This document shows, in pieces, positions 1 to 6,643 of a stretch of DNA of 10,915 bases. Numbering within the stretch: the stretch's first letter is position 1; the number at the start of each line of letters is the position of its first letter. The notes under the pieces are model-generated. The model saw nothing but the letters and a program-made list of their open reading frames with translations. It made no database searches and was not told the DNA's origin. The translations under genes were made by a program, and so were the position numbers. Origin of the DNA: Myxococcota bacterium (lineage in GTDB: Bacteria; Myxococcota_A; UBA796; GCA-2862545); NCBI GenBank assembly GCA_039208735.1, contig JBCCQY010000233.1, positions 1 through 10,915 on the forward strand. The letters are read 5' to 3'.

Positions 1-755
1 CGTTGTTCGAGCACTCGCAACAGTGCGGGCTGCAGGTCGAGGGGGAGTTCGCCCAGCTCGTCGAGGAAGATCGTGCCCCCGTGGGCTTGCTCAAAGACGC
101 CCGCGCGAGCCGCTACGGCCCCCGTGAAGGCCCCCCGCTCATGCCCGAACAGCTCGGACTCGATCAGGTTGCGTGCGACCGCTCCGCAGTCGAACACAAT
201 GAACGGCCCCTCGCTGCGTGACGACCGGTTGTGGATCGCCCGCGAGACGAGTTCCTTGCCGGTTCCCGTCTCGCCCGTCACCAACACCGTGAGTTCGGTT
301 CGACCCACCCGTTCGAGCACCGCGAACATCTCGCGAAGCTGAAGCGACTGCCCGACGAGGTCCTCGAAACGGGTCTGCTGGGCCGGCACGATGTCGACGA
401 ACTCGTCGAGGAGCTGGAATTCGAGGTCCGACTTCCCAACTCGAAATGTCCGGTTCTCGCCGAGGAAGACTTCCTTGATGCGGACTTGTTCAACGAACGT
501 GCCGTTGGTCGAGCCCAGGTCCCGCAAGACGATACCGTCGGCCGTGCGCGCAATCTCTGCATGCCGCCGGCTCACCGTGTCATCGGTGAGGACGAAGTGG
601 TTCCCCTCTTGTTGGCCAATACGGATCACGTCGTGGTCGAACTGATCCTCATGGCCTGCGTCCGCTCCTGATTGAACGCGAAGGCCAATCCGCCGAAGGT
701 GGAGCTGCCGACGGCCGGGGTCGGTCTCCGGAATGACAGAAGTGATGTCCGGCAT
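1..755 (-). CDS. FHA-domain sigma54-dependent transcriptional activator (bEBP), 3' end truncated by the window edge
   Basis: Manual translation from ATG 755-753 (AGGAG just upstream): [68 protein letters not shown]...[12 protein letters not shown] (FHA motifs SxxH, STNGT), then DLVGQS, Walker [24 protein letters not shown], Walker [18 protein letters not shown]. Frame is open to base 1. Not in the ORF track. Confidence 0.95.
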   Translation of the reverse strand, partial: MPDITSVIPETDPGRRQLHLRRIGLRVQSGADAGHEDQFDHDVIRIGQQEGNHFVLTDDTVSRRHAEIARTADGIVLRDLGSTNGTFVEQVRIKEVFLGENRTFRVGKSDLEFQLLDEFVDIVPAQQTRFEDLVGQSLQLREMFAVLERVGRTELTVLVTGETGTGKELVSRAIHNRSSRSEGPFIVFDCGAVARNLIESELFGHERGAFTGAVAARAGVFEQAHGGTIFLDELGELPLDLQPALLRVLEQ

Positions 756-768
756 TGTCTCCTGCTCG

Positions 769-785
769 ACCGACGTTTCGTCGGT
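769..785. other. Perfect inverted repeat (7-bp stem, 3-nt loop) between the two bEBP genes
   Basis: ACCGACG-TTT-CGTCGGT in the 51-bp intergenic gap, just upstream of the FHA-bEBP ribosome-binding site on the minus strand. No U-tract. Confidence 0.5.
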
Positions 786-806
786 GCCACAAGGCCAGCC
801 CGGGAA

Positions 807-1799
807 TCATACCGGGTCGGTGGACCGCGATCGCTTCATAATGCGCTGAATCGATCGGCGATCCATGCCCGCGGCCCGGGCCGCCGCCGAGACGTTGCCC
901 GCATGCTCTTCGAGGATGGCCTCGACGTAGCGCTGCTGGAAGTCGTCGAGGAACAGTCGCCGTGCCTCCATGTAGGGCAGATCCGTACGAAGGTCCCTTG
1001 GCCCGAACGACACCCGAAGATCGCGCTTGTCGACTTCGGGCGGCGGACGTAGCAAAGCCGGCGGTAGATCCACCATCCGAATACGGCTCCCCGGGGTAAG
1101 GGCAGCCGCATAGTTCGCGACATTCTTGAGTTCTCGAACATTCCCCGGCCAAGGCCAGCGCCGCAGGTGGACGCGCACGTCAGGCTCGGGTTCTGGAGGA
1201 AGTCGTTTGCCTTCACACGCTTGCGACAAAAAATGCTCGAACAACAAATCGATGTCCTCGACCCGTTCGCGCAGCGAGGGCAACCTCAACTCGACGATCG
1301 ACAAGCGATGAAACAGATCTTCGCGAAACGCACCTTGCGCGACGCGCTCCCTTAGGTTCCGCCAGCTCGCCGCCACGACCCGAATGTCGGCCTTGCGTTC
1401 GAGGGTATCGCCAACGGGACGGTAGGTGCCCTGTTCGAGCAACCGCAGCAGGCGAGTTTGAGTTTCGATCGGCAGTTCCCCAATTTCATCGAGGAAGAAC
1501 GTGCCTCCCGAAGCCGCGTGCACCAACCCCTCGCGCCGCTGGTGAGCCCCCGTAAACGCGCCCCGCTCGTGGCCAAACAGCTCGGTCTCGACCAGGGATG
1601 GGGAGAGTGCCGCGCAATCGATGGGGATGAACGCCCCGTTGCGGTCGGAGTGATGATGAACCAGTCGGGCCGCCATCTCTTTGCCCGTTCCGGTCTCTCC
1701 GGTGAGCAGAACCGGCAATGGGGTGGTCGCCACTTGGGAGAGCCGGCGAACGAAGTCTTCCATCGCGGCCGAGGTCCCGAGAATCTGGGGTCCGTCCAT
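807..1799 (-). CDS. Sigma54-dependent transcriptional activator (AAA+ and Fis-type HTH) without N-terminal regulatory domain
   Basis: Walker [24 protein letters not shown], Walker B FFLDEIGE, FREDLFHRL, WPGNVRELKN, C-terminal HTH GNVSAAARAAGMDRRSIQRIMKR. Start placed at ATG 1799 (MDGPQILGTS, 330 aa), 10 nt after the upstream stop. The ORF-track start at 1889 would overlap the GGCT gene. Confidence 0.93.
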   Translation of the reverse strand: MDGPQILGTSAAMEDFVRRLSQVATTPLPVLLTGETGTGKEMAARLVHHHSDRNGAFIPIDCAALSPSLVETELFGHERGAFTGAHQRREGLVHAASGGTFFLDEIGELPIETQTRLLRLLEQGTYRPVGDTLERKADIRVVAASWRNLRERVAQGAFREDLFHRLSIVELRLPSLRERVEDIDLLFEHFLSQACEGKRLPPEPEPDVRVHLRRWPWPGNVRELKNVANYAAALTPGSRIRMVDLPPALLRPPPEVDKRDLRVSFGPRDLRTDLPYMEARRLFLDDFQQRYVEAILEEHAGNVSAAARAAGMDRRSIQRIMKRSRSTDPV

Positions 1800-1809
1800 G
1801 GGTCCGCCA

Positions 1810-2184
1810 CTATCCGCGTCTTCGGGACGGCTGCCACCGTCCTTTGACAATCCTTCTTCCTCCAATGCTCCGTGGATCGTCCATGACATAGGCCCAAGCA
1901 GACTCAGCCTTCAGTCCAACATGCACTTCGATCTCGACTCGCTCGTACAACCCCTGGTCTACGCCCTCGTAGTCATCGAGCAGCACGAGCCGACGGACAT
2001 CGAGGTTGCGGACCAACTCGCCATAGACTCGATCTGCGCCCTGAAGCGACAGCGCCGGATAGCCGGCTGGCAGATCGTAAAGACGGCCCCGTGTAGTCGC
2101 CGCAATGCGCTCACAACCGGCGAGGAGCCCCTCTTGATCCTGCCCTTGCATCAGGGTGCCATACACGAACAGCGACGTGTTCAC
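1810..2184 (-). CDS. Gamma-glutamylcyclotransferase (GGCT/AIG2-like, YtfP-like) family protein
   Basis: GTG 2184 preceded by AGGAGGT; 124 aa with LFVYGTLM, GRLYDLPAGYPAL, VYGEL, LDDYEG (putative catalytic Glu), LYER and AWAYV. Confidence 0.9.
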   Translation of the reverse strand: MNTSLFVYGTLMQGQDQEGLLAGCERIAATTRGRLYDLPAGYPALSLQGADRVYGELVRNLDVRRLVLLDDYEGVDQGLYERVEIEVHVGLKAESAWAYVMDDPRSIGGRRIVKGRWQPSRRRG

Positions 2185-2220
2185 CTGGACCTCCTGACTT
2201 TTCGGCAATAGCACTTGGCG

Positions 2221-3267
2221 ATGGAGCGCACCGAGCCCATGGCCAACCGCTTCGAACGACGTATGGCGATCCTTCGAGGAAAGCGCCAAGGATCGTTCGA
2301 CAGGAATCAGCACTACCTCGAACGAGCCTCCCGCACCAAGGTCGCGCGTAAAGCACGTCATCACTTGCGCGCCATGCGGCCGGTGGTCTTGAAGACCCCC
2401 CGGTTCAGCCTTCCCGAGCGGTTCCTGGACGATCTCGCGGTCGACCTGCGGCTGGGCCAGCCCACGATCTTCTGCCGCACGCTGTCCCTGGCTCCTCTCG
2501 AAGGGTGCACGGCTCAACAGGCGCGTTCGTGGCTGATGAACGCATTTGCAAACTTCTGCCTGCTCAACACCGAGCCCAGCTCGGTACTGCGGGTCTCGAG
2601 TAGCCACGACTTTCGCGTGCTCATGAAGGAGCTGTTTCGACGGGCCGAGGCAACAGATCGGCGGTGCTTGCTCGTGCATGGCATCGACACGCTGCCCACC
2701 GAGGCCCTTCGCGATCTGGTGGCGGTCTTCGAAGACCACGTCCACCATCGTCGCGGTGCTCCGGGCTTCAACCTCCTCCTCGCCGGGCTCGAATTGCCCG
2801 AGTGGGCTGCGCATCCCGCGGTGGTGTCGCTCACCCTGCCTGACTTCTCGGACGAGGAGGCGGTGGAGGCGTTGGTGGAGCAGCTCGGCCCCGAGAACCA
2901 CCTGCAGTACTCGGCTCTGGTGGCAACGGTGGGTGGAATTCCCGAAGTGATCGAAGCGCTAGGCTCCGACCGCTCGACCCACATCAATCGGATTGTGCGA
3001 GACCCCAGTGCCTTCTGGGCGGTGCTCGGCCCCCTCGCGGAGTCCCTGCGCAAGGCCCACCACGATGCCATCCAAAGGCCTGCACTCGCCGATCGGCTGC
3101 GGAGCCTCGCGACGCGGGGACCCCTCGCTCCCTACCCCGAGCTCGATGACGCACTTGCTCAAGTCGGTTTGGTCGAGACCTCAGGCCAGACGCCAACGAT
3201 GCTTACGACCGCGCTTCGAGCCCCCGTTCTCGCCGACCTGATTCTAAGTCCCGAGATCAGCTCTTAA
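2221..3267 (+). CDS. Hypothetical protein, probable degenerate STAND/AAA-like P-loop NTPase with winged-helix-like C-terminus
   Basis: About 348-aa ORF (ATG 2221, alternative ATG 2239 with GGAG upstream). Ordered STAND-like elements: VVLKTPRFSLPERFL (Walker A position), CLLVHGIDTL (Walker B position), FNLLLAG (sensor-1 strand), LTLPDFSDEEAVEAL, TVGGIPEVIEAL (GxP), LAQVGLV. Coding status is likely; the family call is inference. Confidence 0.65.
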   Translation: MERTEPMANRFERRMAILRGKRQGSFDRNQHYLERASRTKVARKARHHLRAMRPVVLKTPRFSLPERFLDDLAVDLRLGQPTIFCRTLSLAPLEGCTAQQARSWLMNAFANFCLLNTEPSSVLRVSSSHDFRVLMKELFRRAEATDRRCLLVHGIDTLPTEALRDLVAVFEDHVHHRRGAPGFNLLLAGLELPEWAAHPAVVSLTLPDFSDEEAVEALVEQLGPENHLQYSALVATVGGIPEVIEALGSDRSTHINRIVRDPSAFWAVLGPLAESLRKAHHDAIQRPALADRLRSLATRGPLAPYPELDDALAQVGLVETSGQTPTMLTTALRAPVLADLILSPEISS

Positions 3268-3293
3268 AAGGTCTCCTCTGGGAGTACTCACGA

Positions 3294-4844
3294 ATGAGAG
3301 GAGGCTGTGTGCTCTTCTTTGTCCTCGCGTGCCGTCAGGCGCTTGTGCCAGAGCCAAGTTCAGACCCTACCGAGCCTGTGGTCGAACCGACCTCGACCAC
3401 CCCTGCGCCGTGTGACGAGCCAGGGGTGCCTGAAATCGTAGAGGTGCAGACCACTCAACCTTGGCAAGAGAACGAGGCCTTGGTCACGGTGCGCCTTTCG
3501 AATCCCGCCCGCGTGGCGGTCGTCTGTACGCATCCCGACGATCCAGAGGAACGGCATCTCGTCGAATCTGATGGCGCCCTTCAGACCCACGAACTCCGCC
3601 TCGCCGGACTCCTTGCCGACACGACCTACGACTGTCGCGCGGCCGCAGTCTGTCCCGCTTCGAGCGCGCCACAAGGGTTCGCGCTGTCCACCGGAGCCCA
3701 GGCCCCCGGGTTTTTCGCAATGGTGCCGCAGTCACTGGGCAACCACGGCATGGAGTACATCCTGCTCAACCAGACGCCGGACTGCGCAGACCAGTTCCAG
3801 CGCCTCGTCGTGGCGGATCGCGAAGGACGGGTGCGTTGGTGGTACCGAACCACGCCATTCGTCGGAAAGTCCATCGATTTTCGCTACCACGGAGCGAACC
3901 AATTCGCGTGGGGCGGCGGCTGGGCCCCCAAGAGCGACGCCCGACCTCGCAAGGTCGACCTCTACGACGGCGAAGTCTACGACAGCGCAGATGCCATGCC
4001 CGATGTCGCGACCTCGGAGTACCATCACGACGGCAAGCAATTGCCAGATGGACGGCTGCTCACGCTCGAAGAAGAACCGGTCGCGACTGGGTTTGGCAGC
4101 TTCACCGGGTTCCGAGTGCGACGGATCGACCCCAACACCAACACCGTGGACTTCGAGTACTCGAGTCAACGGGCCTTTGACGAAGGGCATTTGCCCCCCG
4201 GCTTCGGCGACGCTTGGCACGCCAATTGGGTCGATATCGTCGACAACACGCTGTACGTCAGTCTCTGCTTCCTGTCACGGGTCATTGCCATCGACGTCAG
4301 CACCGGGGACTTCCGTTGGAGTTTTGGGCCCGATCAGGACTTCGACCTGTTCGATGTTCAGGGCAAAGAACTCGGGTCAGACGAGTTCACGGAGTGCCAG
4401 CACGGCCTTGAAATGACGTCAGATGGTCGACTGCTGGTCTACGACAACGGCGCGTACCGCGGCATTCGCGACTACAGCCGGGCCACGGCCTACCAGCTCG
4501 ACGAGGCCAACGCCCGGGCCACGCTCCTGTGGACCTGGACTGAGCCCGATTGGTTCGAGACCACCTTGGGGTCCATCGATGAACTGCCCAGCGGGCATGT
4601 GCTCATCGGTGCCGCCCATGCGGAGTGCTTCACCTCAAATCCAGGCGACCGGACCACCATTCTCGAGTTCGATCCTGTGTCCGGCGACAAGTTGTGGGAG
4701 CTTCGCTACAAAAACGAGTTCGGCTCATCCTACCGAGCCGACTGGGCTGATGCCTGCACGCTGTTTGGCAACGCGAAGTACTGTCCTGACGTTGCCTTAC
4801 GAATCGCGGAGCTGGCCTCGGTGTTCGAGCCTACGGATCGCTGA
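3294..4844 (+). CDS. Arylsulfotransferase (ASST)-like beta-propeller lipoprotein with N-terminal Ig/FN3-like domain
   Basis: GGGAG upstream of ATG; lipobox-like VLFFVLAC (Cys13); Pro/Thr/Glu linker; HELRLAGLLADTTY (FN3-like); ASST-family motifs DREGRVRWW, YHHDGKQLPDGRLL, DAWHANWVD, QHG, LLVYDNG, GSIDELPSGHVLI. Confidence 0.8.
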   Translation: MRGGCVLFFVLACRQALVPEPSSDPTEPVVEPTSTTPAPCDEPGVPEIVEVQTTQPWQENEALVTVRLSNPARVAVVCTHPDDPEERHLVESDGALQTHELRLAGLLADTTYDCRAAAVCPASSAPQGFALSTGAQAPGFFAMVPQSLGNHGMEYILLNQTPDCADQFQRLVVADREGRVRWWYRTTPFVGKSIDFRYHGANQFAWGGGWAPKSDARPRKVDLYDGEVYDSADAMPDVATSEYHHDGKQLPDGRLLTLEEEPVATGFGSFTGFRVRRIDPNTNTVDFEYSSQRAFDEGHLPPGFGDAWHANWVDIVDNTLYVSLCFLSRVIAIDVSTGDFRWSFGPDQDFDLFDVQGKELGSDEFTECQHGLEMTSDGRLLVYDNGAYRGIRDYSRATAYQLDEANARATLLWTWTEPDWFETTLGSIDELPSGHVLIGAAHAECFTSNPGDRTTILEFDPVSGDKLWELRYKNEFGSSYRADWADACTLFGNAKYCPDVALRIAELASVFEPTDR

Positions 4845-5808
4845 ACTCGAAGTCGATCTCGTCGCCGAGTTCTTCTTCGAGGTAGGCCTTGAGCTTCTTT
4901 TTCATGCGCGCCTCGATCTGGCGAATGCGCTCCTTGCTCACGCCAAAATGTTCACCGAGGGACGACAGGCTGACCGGGTCGCTCGCAATCATGCGTTGTT
5001 CCCAGATCATCTTCTCGCGTTCGCCCTTGACCTGCTCGGCCGCAAATGTGGCCAGCTTTTCTTGGACGATGCCCGAAAGTTCGCTTCGTGCAGCGGAATC
5101 TTCCGGGTCGTTCGCGTCGGTCTCGGGAACCACCTCGGAAAGCGTGCGGCCTTCCGGATCATCGCCGGCTGGGGCATGAAGCGACAACGCCGGAGCCCGC
5201 ATGTGCCGGTCCACCGCGTCGACTTCTTGTTCGGATACCCCTAGATTCTCGGCGATGAGGCGGCTCGTAGGGTTCGTGCCCTCGCGCAACAGACGGTCGC
5301 GCTCCTTTTGCAGCTGAAAGAACAGCTTCCGGCCGGCTCGGGTGCTTCCCAACCGTACGAGGCGGAAGTTGTCCAGTAGAAACCGCAAGATCATGGCACG
5401 AATCCAGTACTGAGCGTAGCTCGAGAACCGAATTTCCCTGGATGGATCGTAGCGTGAGAGGGCCTCGACCAACCCGACGTTCCCTTCCTGAATGAGGTCG
5501 AGAACGTTGGCCCACTGGCGGTGGTACTGAAACGCAATTTTGATGACCAGCCGCAGATTGGCAGTGACGAGGCGTTCGGCGGCCTCCCGGTCCTCCCCTC
5601 CGGAATCGACAAACCGGTTCGCGTAGACCTTTTCTTCCTCGGCCGACAGCAGCGGGTACCGTCGCACTTCGCTCAAGTAGAAGTTGAGGAGGTCCTTGGA
5701 CCGGGTCCCCGCGGGCGGGGCTTTTAGGGAGGGCAGGCCGGCGGGCAGCTTGCGCTGGACCGGATGGGACTCCGGCTCCTCAACCTCGCCCGGCTCTTCG
5801 TTCGGCAT
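4831..5808 (-). CDS. rpoH: RNA polymerase sigma factor, sigma-32/RpoH family
   Basis: Start ATG 5808 (MPNEEPG, 325 aa; GAGGG upstream; overlaps the upstream stop as TGATG). Region 1.2 YLSEVRRYPLLSAEEE, region 2 LVTANLRLVIKIA/DLIQEGNVGL/RFSSYAQYWIRA, RpoH-box-like RKLFFQLQK, region 4 LGEHFGVSKERIRQIE. Myxobacteria carry several RpoH-like paralogues, so orthology is uncertain. Confidence 0.88.
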   Translation of the reverse strand: MPNEEPGEVEEPESHPVQRKLPAGLPSLKAPPAGTRSKDLLNFYLSEVRRYPLLSAEEEKVYANRFVDSGGEDREAAERLVTANLRLVIKIAFQYHRQWANVLDLIQEGNVGLVEALSRYDPSREIRFSSYAQYWIRAMILRFLLDNFRLVRLGSTRAGRKLFFQLQKERDRLLREGTNPTSRLIAENLGVSEQEVDAVDRHMRAPALSLHAPAGDDPEGRTLSEVVPETDANDPEDSAARSELSGIVQEKLATFAAEQVKGEREKMIWEQRMIASDPVSLSSLGEHFGVSKERIRQIEARMKKKLKAYLEEELGDEIDFEFSDP

Positions 5809-6599
5809 CAGGTTTCCCTCCGGCGGCGGCGCCGCAACACGGACGCAGCCCAATCATCCGCGGTCAAGATCCGCAAGGCGGATTCGGTGCCCGCGAGGAA
5901 GGGTGTCCCCGGCGTTTCGGCCTCGGGAACCACTGGTGCGCCCGACAGGTCCCGTATCACGAGCCCTGTCTCACGGACGAGCAATACCCCACAACCGACG
6001 TCCCACAACGCCCATGAGGGCATGGCGGTCAGCACCCCACCCCCAGATGCGACAAGCGCAAGATGTGCGGCTCCCGATCCCAAAGCCCGGACCTTTCCGG
6101 GCCACGGCACGGGTCCCGCCAAGTGAAACCGCGACGGAGCCAAGAGGATGGACTCGGGGCCAACCGCCGCATTGAGGTCGGGTTGGAGCCGCTCCTCATT
6201 GCGCCAGGCCCCTTGGCCTTTCGCCGCGTACCAAAACTCGTCGAGTCGAGGCACGTAGAACGCCCCAACCTCGAGTTCTCCATCGCGAACTCGGCAAATC
6301 GTGGGGCCCCAATAGGCGAGTCCTCCCACGAACGCACTCGTTCCATCGATGGGGTCAACGTGCCATACACCACCATTCGCTTTCGGCTCCACACGGGTGC
6401 CTTCTTCGGCGACGATCCCATCTTCGGGAAATGCGCGTTCAAGCCCTTCGACGATCAGGGCTTCGACCGCGCGGTCACCGGCCGTAACCAGAGAACCATC
6501 ACGCTTGTGTTCTGGTTTGGCCTCGCGAAAGTGGCGCATCGCCAGATCACCGGCGAGCGAGAGCAGCCGGTGTAGCTCTCGGGCGAGCGCAGAATCCAT
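5808..6599 (-). CDS. Inositol monophosphatase family protein (SuhB/HisN/CysQ superfamily)
   Basis: From ATG 6599 (MDSALAREL, 263 aa): KRDGSLVTAGD, IVAEEG, WHVDPIDGTSAF, VRALGSGA, LWDVGCG. Metal-binding motifs are intact; substrate not determinable. Confidence 0.92.
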   Translation of the reverse strand: MDSALARELHRLLSLAGDLAMRHFREAKPEHKRDGSLVTAGDRAVEALIVEGLERAFPEDGIVAEEGTRVEPKANGGVWHVDPIDGTSAFVGGLAYWGPTICRVRDGELEVGAFYVPRLDEFWYAAKGQGAWRNEERLQPDLNAAVGPESILLAPSRFHLAGPVPWPGKVRALGSGAAHLALVASGGGVLTAMPSWALWDVGCGVLLVRETGLVIRDLSGAPVVPEAETPGTPFLAGTESALRILTADDWAASVLRRRRRRET

Positions 6600-6643
6600 G
6601 CGTGCGGCATAGCTGAATTTCGGGTGTGTCGCGATGGTGCGCG

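Noticed and set aside
770..790. Possible sigma54 promoter at TGGCAC on the minus strand
   Set aside because: No GC at the required GG-N10-GC spacing (reads TGGCAC-CGACG-AAAC). The two divergent gaps also lack a correctly spaced -24/-12.
3..1052. Plus-strand ORFs 3..221, 231..671 and 672..1052
   Set aside because: Codon-aligned antisense shadows of the two minus-strand bEBP genes, with no motifs of their own.
1800..1889. Upstream start for the sensorless bEBP that might provide a small regulatory domain
   Set aside because: Overlaps the GGCT coding end by 80 bp and encodes low-complexity sequence; ATG 1799 fits better.
2185..2901. N-terminal 239-aa extension of the 1810..2901 minus ORF
   Set aside because: Antisense to the 2221-3267 gene; the GGCT domain begins at GTG 2184 behind a strong AGGAGGT.
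3571..5244. Alternative plus-strand ORFs 3571..4416 and 4423..5244
   Set aside because: Out-of-frame overlaps with the ASST-like gene or antisense to the sigma gene; composition typical of non-coding frames.
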